DNA from: Alphaproteobacteria bacterium | Lineage (GTDB): Bacteria; Pseudomonadota; Alphaproteobacteria; MPNO01 | DNA: 64,000 bases | Reading direction: 5' to 3' | NCBI GenBank assembly: GCA_964291675.2 | Contig: OZ219866.1 | Span: 2,688,001 to 2,752,000 of the forward strand | Shown here: in pieces, positions 20,910-34,249 of the stretch | Layout: each line of letters opens with the position of its first letter | Numbering within the stretch: the stretch's first letter is position 1 | Notes under the pieces: model-generated | What the model saw: only the letters and a program-made list of their open reading frames with translations | Databases searched by the model: none | What the model was told of the DNA's origin: nothing | Made by a program: the position numbers and the translations under genes

Positions 20910-21049
20910 TCAGCGCTCCCCTGCCGCAAATGCGCCCAGGCCGGATACGCCGGGATTTCGGCCGCCGCGGAGCCATGCGGTCCGGCGCGCCGCAAGGCCG
21001 GACTCTGCATCCGGCTGGCCCTTCCGCGGGGGCGCGCATACATATACAC

Positions 21050-21808
21050 ATGATGGCTGACAAGCAACCGAAGCCCGGCCGCGTCGACCAAGCCGAGGTG
21101 GCGAGGTTCTCCGCCCTGGCCGATGCCTGGTGGGACCCCGAGGGCGCGTTCCGCCCGCTGCACAAGCTCAACCCGGTGAGAGTGCGCTACATCCGCGACG
21201 CGCTGTGCGCGGCGAACGGCCGCGGCGTAACAGCGCCGGAGCCGCTGTCGGGCATGGAGATCGTCGATGTCGGCTGCGGTGGCGGGCTGCTGTGCGAGCC
21301 CCTGGCCCGGCTCGGCGCGAAGGTGACCGGCATCGATCCGAGCGCCCGCAACATCGAAATCGCCGCCAATCACGCCGCCCGCAGCGGGCTCGATATCGCT
21401 TACCGCGTGGGCACCGTCGAGGATCTCGCCGCGGAGGGGCGGCGCTTCGACGCGGTGCTGGCGCTCGAGGTGGTCGAGCACGTGCCCGACCTCCGGGCAT
21501 TCGTCGCCGCCTGCGTGTCCGCCGCCAAGCCGGACGCCAGGCTGGTCTTCGCCACCCTCAACCGGACGCCCCGGTCCTTCCTGCTGGGGATCGTCGCGGC
21601 GGAATATGTCCTCCGCTGGCTGCCGCGCGGGACCCATGACTGGCGGCGCTTCGTGCGCCCGTCGGAGCTCGGGCGCGCGCTGGAGGCCGGCGGCGCCACG
21701 CTCACCGCGCTGGACGGGGTGCGCTACGACGTGCTGACCGACGACTGGCGGCTGACCCCGAACGTTTCGGTGAACTACATGGCGACGGCCGAACCCGCGC
21801 GAGGGTAG
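21050..21808 (+). CDS. ubiG: ubiquinone biosynthesis O-methyltransferase
   Basis: WWDPEGAFRPLHKLNPVR, DVGCGGGLL, LEVVEHV, GTHDWRRF; divergent from lysC. Confidence 0.95.
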   Translation: MMADKQPKPGRVDQAEVARFSALADAWWDPEGAFRPLHKLNPVRVRYIRDALCAANGRGVTAPEPLSGMEIVDVGCGGGLLCEPLARLGAKVTGIDPSARNIEIAANHAARSGLDIAYRVGTVEDLAAEGRRFDAVLALEVVEHVPDLRAFVAACVSAAKPDARLVFATLNRTPRSFLLGIVAAEYVLRWLPRGTHDWRRFVRPSELGRALEAGGATLTALDGVRYDVLTDDWRLTPNVSVNYMATAEPARG

Positions 21809-21814
21809 GGGCGA

Positions 21815-22243
21815 TCAGGCGTCTTCGCGCGGGACCCAGGGAATGCGGCCGAAGGGGACGTCTTCCTCGATCAGCGCCTTGGTCTCGTCCTCGGTCGCTT
21901 CGCCGTAGATGTTGCGCTCGTCGGTCTCGCCGTTGTGGATCTTGAGCGCTTCGGTGGCGAAGTCGGGGCCGACATAGTCGCAGTTCTCTTCCACCTTGCG
22001 GCGCATCTCGCGCAACGTCTGGAGGTACTTGGTCCGCACTTGCGCCGGGTGCGGCATCTCGCCGGCGCCCTTCCTGGCGGCGCGCGACAGGCGCGGCGCC
22101 ATGATCGCCTTGCCGACGCGCACGTCGCCGCAGACCGGGCAGGCGACCTCGGCAGCCTCGACCTGACGGTCGAAGGTTCCGCTGTCCTTGAACCAGGCTT
22201 CGAACTCGTGGTCCCCGGCGCAGCGCAGGTTGTACAAGATCAT
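21815..22243 (-). CDS. DUF1178 family protein
   Basis: MILYNLRC...HEFEAWF...CPVCG...KAIMAP...YVGPDFATEA...IYGEA. Confidence 0.88.
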   Translation of the reverse strand: MILYNLRCAGDHEFEAWFKDSGTFDRQVEAAEVACPVCGDVRVGKAIMAPRLSRAARKGAGEMPHPAQVRTKYLQTLREMRRKVEENCDYVGPDFATEALKIHNGETDERNIYGEATEDETKALIEEDVPFGRIPWVPREDA

Positions 22244-22307
22244 CTAGGACCTACACATTGTTCCCGATGACTGAAACATCGCAGCTAATGTGGTCGATGT
22301 CGCCGCG

Positions 22308-22889
22308 ATGGGCAAGCCGTCCGTGACTCCGCACGGACGACTGGAATCGCCCTCGCCCTGGGTGCTGCGGTTCGCCCATCTGACGCCGCCAGGCGGCGGG
22401 GTGCTCGACCTTGCCTGCGGCACCGGGCGGCATGCGCGATACTTCCTGTCGCGCGGCCACAGGGTGACCGCGGTCGACCGTTACGGCGCGGGCGTCGCCG
22501 ACCTGCTGGGCCGCGCCGACTTCACGCTGATCGAGGCCGATCTCGAGGACGGCGGGGAATGGCCCGCCGGGGACCGCAAGTTCGCCGCCGTGGTGGTCGC
22601 CAACTACCTGTTCCGTCCCATCCTGCCGCACATCGTCGATGCGGTGGCAGACGGCGGCGTGCTGATCTACGAGACCTTCGCCGAGGGCAACGCGCGGTTC
22701 GGGCGGCCGCGCAACCCGGATTTCCTGCTGCGCCCGGGCGAGTTGCTGCGGGCGGTCGAGGGCGAGCTCTCGGTCGTCGCCTACGAGCACGGCGAGATCG
22801 CCCGCCCGGCGCCCGCCCTGGTGCAGCGCATCTGCGCCTGCCGCGGGTCGGGCTATTCGGCGGCGCGCAGGCTCGACGGCGGGGCGTAG
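22308..22889 (+). CDS. class I SAM-dependent methyltransferase
   Basis: PSPWVLRF, VLDLACGTGRH, VVANYLFRP, YETF, NPDFLLRPGELL. Start uncertain (22290 or 22308). Confidence 0.85.
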   Translation: MGKPSVTPHGRLESPSPWVLRFAHLTPPGGGVLDLACGTGRHARYFLSRGHRVTAVDRYGAGVADLLGRADFTLIEADLEDGGEWPAGDRKFAAVVVANYLFRPILPHIVDAVADGGVLIYETFAEGNARFGRPRNPDFLLRPGELLRAVEGELSVVAYEHGEIARPAPALVQRICACRGSGYSAARRLDGGA

Positions 22890-23698
22890 CGCCGGGCGTT
22901 GGCGAGCGCCGGCAGCGCCGCCCGGGCCTCGCGCACCCTGGCGGGCTCGATTTCCGCCAGCACGAACCCCGCCTCCTCGCCGCCGTCGGCGACGATGCCG
23001 CCCCACGGCTCGACCACCAGCGAGTGCCCGTAGCTCTCGCGCCGGCCCGCGTGGTCGCCGCACTGCGCGGGCGCGATGACGTAGCAGCCGGTCTCGATGG
23101 CGCGTGCCCGCAGCAGCGCGTGCCAATGCGCCCGACCGGTAATCCGGGTGAACGCCGAGGGCACCGCGAGGAAATCCGCGCCCGCCTGCGCGAGGTCCCA
23201 GTAGAGCGCCGGGAAGCGGAGATCGTAGCATACCGTCATCCCGAGCCCGCCCCACGGCAGCGCCGCCACGACGGCCGCCGTGCCCGCTTCGTAGCGCTCG
23301 GACTCACGCGACCGCCGCCCGTCCGGCAGGTCGACGTCGAACAGGTGGATCTTGTCGTAGCGCGCCGCGACCCGGCCATGCGGATCGACCATAAAGGACC
23401 GGTTGGCGAGCCTGCCGCCGCCAAGCCCCACGGTGAGCGAGCCGACCAGGAGCCAGACGCCGGAGGCGGCGGCGAACGCCCTGAAGGCGGCGAGCGCCCG
23501 GTGATCGCTCTCGCCGCGCGCCTCGGCCGCCAGCGCCGCGCGGTCCGGCTCGATCAGCCCGACGACCTCGGGAAAGGCGATCAGATCCGCTCCGGCGGCG
23601 TGGGCGTCGCGCGCCAGCGCGAGCGCGGCCGTGAGGTTCGCGGACGCGTCGTTGCCGGTGTTCGTCTGGATGCAGGCGACCGTGAACGGTGCCGTCAC
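22853..23698 (-). CDS. carbon-nitrogen hydrolase (Nit/nitrilase family)
   Basis: Catalytic triad motifs FPE, YDKIHLFDV, VCYDLRFP; RARAIETGC. Confidence 0.92.
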   Translation of the reverse strand: MTAPFTVACIQTNTGNDASANLTAALALARDAHAAGADLIAFPEVVGLIEPDRAALAAEARGESDHRALAAFRAFAAASGVWLLVGSLTVGLGGGRLANRSFMVDPHGRVAARYDKIHLFDVDLPDGRRSRESERYEAGTAAVVAALPWGGLGMTVCYDLRFPALYWDLAQAGADFLAVPSAFTRITGRAHWHALLRARAIETGCYVIAPAQCGDHAGRRESYGHSLVVEPWGGIVADGGEEAGFVLAEIEPARVREARAALPALANARRYAPPSSLRAAE

Positions 23699-23958
23699 CG
23701 GCCGATCCCGAGCAAAGCGTCGAGCTCGCCTGCGCGTTCCAGATCCGCGAGGTCGTCCGAGCCGCCGACATGGCGGCCGTCGATGAAGATCTGCGGCACG
23801 GTTCGGCGCCCGCCCGCGCGCTGCATCATCTGCTGGCGCAGATTGGGGTCGCGGTCGACGTCGATCTCCTCATAGGCGACGCCCTTGCGGTTCAGCAAAG
23901 CCTTGGCCCGGCTGCAGAACGGGCACCAAAGGCTGGAATAGACTTCAATCCGGCTCAC
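23695..23958 (-). CDS. grxC: glutaredoxin 3
   Basis: GTG start; CPFC active site, TVPQIFI, GGSDDL. Confidence 0.93.
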   Translation of the reverse strand: MSRIEVYSSLWCPFCSRAKALLNRKGVAYEEIDVDRDPNLRQQMMQRAGGRRTVPQIFIDGRHVGGSDDLADLERAGELDALLGIGR

Positions 23959-24011
23959 CGTTACGACCCCGCGATCTCCCGCTTCCAATATGCCTTTCCG
24001 CGGCCGATTTT

Positions 24012-24773
24012 CTACCCGTTTCCCGTACCGTCCTGCGAGGTGACGCGGGCGAGGGCCAAAACGTCCACCCCGTCCGCGCCGGCGCGCCGCAATGCGCTCG
24101 CGCACGCCTCGGCCGTCGCCCCCGTCGTCAGCACGTCGTCGATCAGCAGCACCCGGCGTCCGGCGACCGCCGCCTTGCCCGCCGCGGTCACGGAGAACGC
24201 GCCGCCCACATTGCGCCGGCGCTCGGCCGGGCTCAACCGCCCCTGCGGCCGGGTCTTGCGGTGTCTCGCGAGCCCGTCCGGCAGCCATTCGAGCCCGGCG
24301 ACCCGGGCGAGGCCTGCGGCGAGCAGGGCCGACTGGTTGTAGCGCCTGGCGAACAGCCGCGCCCGGTGCAGCGGCACCGGCGCCAGGACCGGGGCGCCGT
24401 CGAGCAGCTCGCCCGCCGCGTTGGCCAGCCAGCGCGCGAATACCGGGGCCGCGTCCGTGCGGTCGCCGTGCTTGAACTTGAGCACCAGGCCGCGCGAGGC
24501 TTCGTCGTAGCGCAGCACCGCGCGCGCCCGGTCGAAGCGCGGCGGACGGCCGAGGCATCCCGCGCAAACCGTCTCGCCCGGCACTTCGTAGACGAACGGC
24601 TCGCCGCAGACCGCGCAGAACGGCGCGGCGATGAAGGTGAGCGCGGGCCAGCAGGCACCGCACAACGTGCCCGGGTCGCTCACCGCCACGCCGCAGGCGA
24701 GACAGCGCGCGGGCAGGACGAGGTCGACCAGCGCCCGCCCGGCGGCGACGGCGGTGGTGGCGAGGCCGCTCAC
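24012..24773 (-). CDS. comF: ComF family protein (zinc ribbon plus phosphoribosyltransferase fold)
   Basis: Four CxxC motifs, RRYNQS, LLIDDVLTTGAT. Confidence 0.88.
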   Translation of the reverse strand: MSGLATTAVAAGRALVDLVLPARCLACGVAVSDPGTLCGACWPALTFIAAPFCAVCGEPFVYEVPGETVCAGCLGRPPRFDRARAVLRYDEASRGLVLKFKHGDRTDAAPVFARWLANAAGELLDGAPVLAPVPLHRARLFARRYNQSALLAAGLARVAGLEWLPDGLARHRKTRPQGRLSPAERRRNVGGAFSVTAAGKAAVAGRRVLLIDDVLTTGATAEACASALRRAGADGVDVLALARVTSQDGTGNG

Positions 24774-26353
24774 CCGTCGAACCGGCGGAACCGGGCGGTG
24801 CCGTCGGCTTCGAGCTGCGCGACCAGCTGCAGCTCCCATTCGAGATAGGCGTTCATCGCCTGGACCACGTCGCCGCCCCGGTCATAGGGCCTGAGCCAGA
24901 CATCGTCGGGGCGGTCCAGCATCGACTCCTCGCCGTCTCTGAGCGGCTTGCCCGCCGCCGCCCAGGCCTCGGTTCCGCCTTCGAGACAGGCGAATTCGCC
25001 GCCGCGCTCGGAAGCGGCCAGCCGGGCGAGCCGCCCGTCAGCCGAGGTCAACACCACCGTCCCTGCCTTCGGCAGCTTGTCCAGCACGCCATCCAGCCGC
25101 GATCTGAGCGCGAAACCAGCGCCCGGGATGTGTCCCGCCAGATAGGCACGGCTGCCGCCGAGATCGACCGCGGCCATGCTGCCGTCCGCGAGGCCCGCCG
25201 CAAGCGCCTCCACCCCGACCGAGCGGGCCTCCGCCCGGTCCAGACCGAGCAGGGCGGGCTGCCAGGCACCGGTTTCGATCTCGTCCGCCTCCGGGTCGAG
25301 GCGGTAGAGGGCGACCTCGGGCCAGCCCATCTCGACCAGCCAGGAGGCCGTCATCGTCGCCCGCACCCCGGTGTCGTCGATCAGCACGACCCGCGCATTG
25401 CGGGTGCCGATCACCGCGTCCGTCGTCTGCACGAGCTGGCCGCCCGGGATCGGGCGCGAGCCGGCGAGGTGGCCGGCCTCGTATTCGTCGACGCCGCGCA
25501 CGTCGAGCAGAAACAGAGAGCGCCGGTCCGCCTCGGCGCGCCTTGCGGCCAGCCCGTCGCGGTCGATGGTCTCGATGCCGCTTCCGGCCGCGACCCGGGA
25601 CGCACAGGATTGGGCCCGGGCAAGGCCCTGCGGGCTGACCGCGGGCGGCGGGCGTTCGTTGCCGCGTTCCAGCGTGAAACCGGCCAGCGCCCAGCCCATG
25701 GTGCCGTTGCGCAGCGCCATCACCCTGTTGGGAATGCCCGCCTTGATCAGCGACTGCGCGCCGATGATGCTGCGCGTCCGCCCGGCGCAGTTGACCACCA
25801 CCGTGGTGTCGGGGGAGGGCGCGATGTCGTGCACCCGGTAGGCGAGCTCGGCGCCCGGCACGTCGATCGCGGTCGGGATGTTCATGCGGCGGAATTCGTC
25901 CATCGGGCGGCTGTCGAGGACCACGAGGTCGTCGCCCGCGTCGAGCCGCGCCTTGAGCTCCTCGGCGGTGATGTTGGGGGTGTGGCAGGTCTCCTCGACA
26001 TACTCGCCGAACGCCTTGCTCGGGACGTAGACGCCGCTGAACAGCACATACCCCGCGCGCTCCCACGCGCCGGTGCCGCCGTCGAGGATCGAGACATCGG
26101 TGTAGCCGAGATCGGCGAGCCGGTCCGCCGCGCGCTCCGCCAGCCCGTCGCCGTCGTCGCACAGGACGACGCGCGCGGCCCGCCGGGGAACCAGCGCGTC
26201 GATGCCGAATTCGAGCCGGCTGAGCGGAAGCGAGCTCGCGAACAGGAGGTGGGAGTCCGAAAACACTCCTTCCTCGCGAACGTCGAGCAGCGCGAGCTCG
26301 CCGCCGTCGAGCAGCATCGCGCGCAGCTCCTGCGCGGTGACCGTGTTCGCCAT
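24770..26353 (-). CDS. multi-domain rhodanese-related sulfurtransferase
   Basis: Repeated rhodanese modules (LLDVREE, VLDSRP, LLDVRG..EY..GHL, GHIPGA), NCAGRTRS loop, LDGGT/LEGGT motifs. Confidence 0.88.
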   Translation of the reverse strand: MANTVTAQELRAMLLDGGELALLDVREEGVFSDSHLLFASSLPLSRLEFGIDALVPRRAARVVLCDDGDGLAERAADRLADLGYTDVSILDGGTGAWERAGYVLFSGVYVPSKAFGEYVEETCHTPNITAEELKARLDAGDDLVVLDSRPMDEFRRMNIPTAIDVPGAELAYRVHDIAPSPDTTVVVNCAGRTRSIIGAQSLIKAGIPNRVMALRNGTMGWALAGFTLERGNERPPPAVSPQGLARAQSCASRVAAGSGIETIDRDGLAARRAEADRRSLFLLDVRGVDEYEAGHLAGSRPIPGGQLVQTTDAVIGTRNARVVLIDDTGVRATMTASWLVEMGWPEVALYRLDPEADEIETGAWQPALLGLDRAEARSVGVEALAAGLADGSMAAVDLGGSRAYLAGHIPGAGFALRSRLDGVLDKLPKAGTVVLTSADGRLARLAASERGGEFACLEGGTEAWAAAGKPLRDGEESMLDRPDDVWLRPYDRGGDVVQAMNAYLEWELQLVAQLEADGTARFRRFDG

Positions 26354-26460
26354 CGTCCGCACCTCCCAAGGCTTGCCCGGCGGAATTTAGCCGATTTGCG
26401 CCCGGCATTGCATGCCGGGAACCGATTGAGCGCCGGCCGCCCGGGTGCGATAACGATGCG

Positions 26461-27363
26461 ATGGCCGGGCCCGTCACCGTCTTCGACCGTCCAGCCGTGC
26501 GCCGCCGGCGGGAACGCAGCGCCCGGCTCGGCGAGCGGGCGACATTCCTGCACGACGAGATCGCCGAACGCCTCGCCGACCGGCTGGACGATTTCGACCG
26601 GGTGTTCCGCCGCGTGCTCGTGCTGGGCGCCCTGAGCGACCGCCTGTGCGGCCTCGTCGCCGCGCGCACCGGGGTCGAGCTGGTCGCGGTCGCCGACGCC
26701 GCCGAGGCGCTGGCCAAGGGCCGCACCGGCATGGCGGTCGTCGCCGACGAGGAGGCCATCCCCTTCGCGCCCGGGAGCTTCGACCTCGTGCTCGCCGCGC
26801 TCAGCCTGCACGCGGTCAACGATCTCCCCGGCGCGCTGGCGCAAGTCCGCGATATCCTGGTCCCGGACGGGCTTTTGCTCGCCGCCCTGTTCGGCGGCGG
26901 GACCCTGCGCGAGCTGCGCCGCGTTCTGCTGGACGCGGAGAGCGAGGTCGCGGACGGCGCGAGCCCCCGCGTCGCGCCGTTCGCCGACACGCGCGACGCC
27001 GGCGCGCTGCTCCAGCGCGCGGGCTTCGCCCTGCCGGTTGCGGACAGCGACACGCTCTCCGTCACCTGGCCGGACGCGCTCGCCCTGATGCGCGACCTGC
27101 GCGCGATGGGCGAGGCGAATGCGCTGGCGGCGCGCAGCCGCACCCCCACGAGGCGGGCGGTCTTCGCGGCGGCGGCGGCGCGCTACCGGGCGCTGTTCGG
27201 CGACGCGGAAGGGCGTATCCCCGCCACCTTCCAGATCCTGTTCCTGACCGGCTGGGCGCCGTCCGCCGACCAGCAGCGCCCGCTCCGTCCCGGCAGCGCC
27301 GCCGCGCGGCTGGCCGAAGCGCTCGGCACCGAGGAACGTTCCGCCGGCGAACGGGCGGGCTAG
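26461..27363 (+). CDS. SAM-dependent methyltransferase (BioC/NDUFAF5-like)
   Basis: VFDR, VADEE..PF, LHAVNDLPG, LQRAGFALPVAD, DLRAMGE. Confidence 0.88.
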   Translation: MAGPVTVFDRPAVRRRRERSARLGERATFLHDEIAERLADRLDDFDRVFRRVLVLGALSDRLCGLVAARTGVELVAVADAAEALAKGRTGMAVVADEEAIPFAPGSFDLVLAALSLHAVNDLPGALAQVRDILVPDGLLLAALFGGGTLRELRRVLLDAESEVADGASPRVAPFADTRDAGALLQRAGFALPVADSDTLSVTWPDALALMRDLRAMGEANALAARSRTPTRRAVFAAAAARYRALFGDAEGRIPATFQILFLTGWAPSADQQRPLRPGSAAARLAEALGTEERSAGERAG

Positions 27364-28604
27364 GCCGGGGCGGGCAGGGGCACGCCCATCCGGGGACGCT
27401 TTTCGTCCGGCTCCTCGCGGACCAGGAGGGCGAGCGCGGCGGCGAGCAGCGCGAGGCCGAGCGAGATCAGCCATACCCCCTCGTAACGCGCCGTGAGGTC
27501 GTAGAAGTAGCCGCCGAAGGCCGCGCCGAGCGCGGCGCCGATCGAATGCACGCCGAAGATCAGCCCCATCGACAAACCCATCATGCGGATCCCGACATGG
27601 GAGGCGATCAGGCTGGCAATCGGGGCGAGCGTCGCGAAGTTGAGGACGCCGAAGGCGACGGTGAAGACGAACAGGAGCGTCAGGCTCCCCGTCGTGTTGA
27701 GCAGGAGCACGAAGAGCAGCGCGCGCGCCGCGTACATCGCGGCCAGCAAACGAGCCCGGTGGAACCGGTCGGACAGCCAGCCGAACAGGATCAGCCCGAT
27801 CATGTTGCCGGCGCCGTGCGCGCCATGCGCCGCGGTCGAATCGACCAGGGCGAAGCCGCAACTCACCGCGTAGGGAACGAAATGGACGTCGAACACCCCC
27901 GCCGTGGTGAAGCCGCAGAGCACGAAAGAGCAGGACAGCAACACGAAGGTCCGGTTGCGCATCAGGATGGCGAGCCGGGCAACGAAGGTCGCCGCATCCG
28001 CATCGCCTTGCGCGCGTTCGCGGGGCCCGCGCCCCACCCCCTTGAGCAACAGCCAGGCGAGCGGGATCAGCGCCAGCAGCCCGAGCCCGAAGCTCAGATA
28101 GGCGCCGCGCCAGCCCAGCGCGACCACCAGCAGCGCCAGCAGCGTCAGCACCGGGAGCTGGCCCGCGGTCGAGCCCGACAGCGCGAAACCCGTCAACAGC
28201 CCGCTATGCCGTTTCAGCAGCTGTGCCATCATGGCGGTGACCAGCGGCAAGGAGATCGCGCCGTGGCCGACGCCGCCGATCACGCCGAACAGGAGCAGGA
28301 ACTCCCACTCGCGGGAGATCTGCGAGCTCGCCGCGATCGCCCCGCCCATGAAGACCAGCCCGCCCGCGAAGACGTGGCGCGGCCCGAAGCGGTCGATGAT
28401 GTCGCCCGCGACCGGGGAGATCAGCCCCATGATCACCAGCACCAGCGAGCTGCCGGTCGAGCTGAGGCCGCGCGACCAGCCGAGCTCGACCTCCCAGATC
28501 GGCATCAGCACGCCGACCGACGAGCGCGACGCGAAGGTGAGGCCGAGCGCGCAGAAGCAGAGCGCGATGATCGCCCAGACGCGGAGCGCCGAGGGTCCGG
28601 TCAC
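27360..28604 (-). CDS. MFS transporter
   Basis: About 12 hydrophobic segments; MFS motif GDIIDRFGPR and second-half GWLSDRF; start overlaps the mutT stop. Confidence 0.85.
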   Translation of the reverse strand: MTGPSALRVWAIIALCFCALGLTFASRSSVGVLMPIWEVELGWSRGLSSTGSSLVLVIMGLISPVAGDIIDRFGPRHVFAGGLVFMGGAIAASSQISREWEFLLLFGVIGGVGHGAISLPLVTAMMAQLLKRHSGLLTGFALSGSTAGQLPVLTLLALLVVALGWRGAYLSFGLGLLALIPLAWLLLKGVGRGPRERAQGDADAATFVARLAILMRNRTFVLLSCSFVLCGFTTAGVFDVHFVPYAVSCGFALVDSTAAHGAHGAGNMIGLILFGWLSDRFHRARLLAAMYAARALLFVLLLNTTGSLTLLFVFTVAFGVLNFATLAPIASLIASHVGIRMMGLSMGLIFGVHSIGAALGAAFGGYFYDLTARYEGVWLISLGLALLAAALALLVREEPDEKRPRMGVPLPAPA

Positions 28605-29020
28605 AGCAAATCCCGCAGCATCGCGACCAGCGGCCGGTCGGCGGGCGGCATCGGGTAGTCGCCGAGCCGCACCGGCCGGACCCATTTGAGGGCCTGGCCC
28701 TCGAGTGGACGCACCGAGCCGTTCCACACCCGGCAGACGAAGAGCGGCATCAGCAGGTGGAAGTCTTCGTAGCGGTGGGACGCGAAGGTGAAGGGGGCGA
28801 GGCAGTTCGCGGCGACGTCGATCCCGAGCTCCTCGCCGAGCTCGCGGATCAGCGCGCGTTCGGGAGTCTCGCCCGGGCCGACCTTGCCGCCCGGGAACTC
28901 CCACAGCCCGGCCATGGTCTTGCCTTCGGGGCGCTGCGCGATCAGCACCCGCCCGTCGGCGTCGACCAGCGCGGCGGCGGCGACCAGGACGACCGGGAGG
29001 TCAACTTCGGTAGTCGGCAT
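28601..29020 (-). CDS. mutT: 8-oxo-dGTP diphosphatase (NUDIX)
   Basis: Nudix box GGKVGPGETPERALIRELGEELG; WEFPGG; follows argJ. Confidence 0.92.
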   Translation of the reverse strand: MPTTEVDLPVVLVAAAALVDADGRVLIAQRPEGKTMAGLWEFPGGKVGPGETPERALIRELGEELGIDVAANCLAPFTFASHRYEDFHLLMPLFVCRVWNGSVRPLEGQALKWVRPVRLGDYPMPPADRPLVAMLRDLL

Positions 29021-30230
29021 TGATGTCGATATAGCCGTGCGTGAGGTCGCAGGTCCAAACCGTGGCCCGGCCGCGCCCCACCCCGACATCGATGCCGATC
29101 TCCACCTCCGAGCCGGCCAGATGCGCCGCCACCGGGGTCTCGTCATAGCCCTCGACCACCGCCTCGCCGTCGGTGATCTGCACGCCGCCCATGGAGATGG
29201 CGAGCGCGCCCACGTCGATGCGTTCGCGGGTCTTGCCCAGCGCGGCGACGATACGGCCCCAGTTGGCGTCGCTGCCGGCGATCGCTGTCTTGACCAGGGG
29301 GGAGTTGGCGACGGTAAGACCGATGCGCCGCGCCGCGGCCTCCGAGGTCGCGCCGGTCACGTGGATGGTGACGAGCTTGGTCGCCCCCTCGCCGTCGCGG
29401 ACGATCTGCCGGGCGAGGTCGCCGCAGACCGCGCCGAGCGCCTCCCGGAACGGGGAGAGGCGCGAATCGCGCCAATCGTCGATCGCCTCGTTGCCCGCCA
29501 GCCCGGTCGCGAACAGGAGCGCCATGTCGCTGGTCGAGGTGTCGCCGTCCACGGTGATCGCGTTGAACGAGCGGTTCACCGCCTGGCGCAGCAGCCGGTC
29601 CAGAACCGGCGCCGGAAGGCGGGCATCGGTGAACACGAAGGCGAGCATGGTCGCCATGTCGGGTGCGATCATGCCCGATCCCTTGGCGATTCCGGCGACC
29701 GTGACCGGCGCGTCCCCGATCCGGGCCGTCGCGCCGGCGCCCTTGGCGAAGGTATCGGTGGTGCGGATCGCCCCCGCCGCCCGCTCCCAGCCATCGTCGG
29801 CGAGCGACGCGGCGAGCGTCGGGATCGCCCCGGCGATGCGATCTATATTCGGCCGCACCCCGATCACCCCGGTGGAGGCCACCGCGACCGCGCGCTCGCC
29901 GCAGCGCAGCGCCGCGGCGGCGGCGCAAGCGGTGGCGGCGACGCACTCCGCGCCCGCCGGCCCGGTGAAGGCGTTGGCGTTGCCGGCATTGACCACCAGC
30001 GCCGCGGCGCGGCCCTCGGCCAGCATCGCGCGGGTCCACAGAACCGGCGGCGCGGCCGTCCTGGAGCGCGTGGTGACGCCGGCCACGGCCGTCCCCGGGG
30101 CGAGCTCGACCAGCAGCAGATCGTCGCGCCCGGCGTAGCGTTCGCCGCTGGCCCCGGCGGCAAGCCGGACGCCCGGAACCGGATCCAGCGCTGGAAAGCG
30201 GTCCGGCGCCAAGGGAGAAATATTCGCCAC
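29001..30230 (-). CDS. argJ: bifunctional ornithine acetyltransferase / N-acetylglutamate synthase
   Basis: NAGNANAFTG, KGSGMIAPDMATML, DGDTSTSD, DGEGATK, WTCDLT..YIDINADY. Confidence 0.96.
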   Translation of the reverse strand: MANISPLAPDRFPALDPVPGVRLAAGASGERYAGRDDLLLVELAPGTAVAGVTTRSRTAAPPVLWTRAMLAEGRAAALVVNAGNANAFTGPAGAECVAATACAAAAALRCGERAVAVASTGVIGVRPNIDRIAGAIPTLAASLADDGWERAAGAIRTTDTFAKGAGATARIGDAPVTVAGIAKGSGMIAPDMATMLAFVFTDARLPAPVLDRLLRQAVNRSFNAITVDGDTSTSDMALLFATGLAGNEAIDDWRDSRLSPFREALGAVCGDLARQIVRDGEGATKLVTIHVTGATSEAAARRIGLTVANSPLVKTAIAGSDANWGRIVAALGKTRERIDVGALAISMGGVQITDGEAVVEGYDETPVAAHLAGSEVEIGIDVGVGRGRATVWTCDLTHGYIDINADYRS

Positions 30231-30355
30231 GGCTAGGGTTTCCCGATGCGGAGGTTTGTCGGATCGAAGGCTTATGCCGCGCCGCAGCGGCGATGTCCAT
30301 GGCGGCGCGGCGGCGGACCGATCGTCACACCCGCAGCCCTGTCCCTGGCGCCTCG

Positions 30356-30384
30356 TTGACAGCGCAATGAGGTACTCTTATCTG
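30356..30384 (+). promoter_or_regulatory. putative sigma70-type promoter of secA
   Basis: TTGACA-N17-TATCTG about 60 nt upstream of the secA ATG, in the divergent argJ/secA gap. Confidence 0.45.
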
Positions 30385-30445
30385 TGGAGAACCCCGGGAT
30401 CGCGCTCGCCCCGATACACCCGACAGCTCAGTCCGAGGAATCCCG

Positions 30446-33262
<2,817 letters not shown>

Positions 33263-33274
33263 CCGGGCGCCGTC

Positions 33275-34246
<972 letters not shown>

Positions 34247-34249
34247 GGC

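Noticed and set aside
16331-21171. Apparent giant fusion ORFs (16331..19726 and 18613..21171)
   Set aside because: The N-terminal extensions are out-of-frame overlaps of upstream genes; the real starts are at 18607 (ptsP) and 19683 (flavin oxidoreductase).
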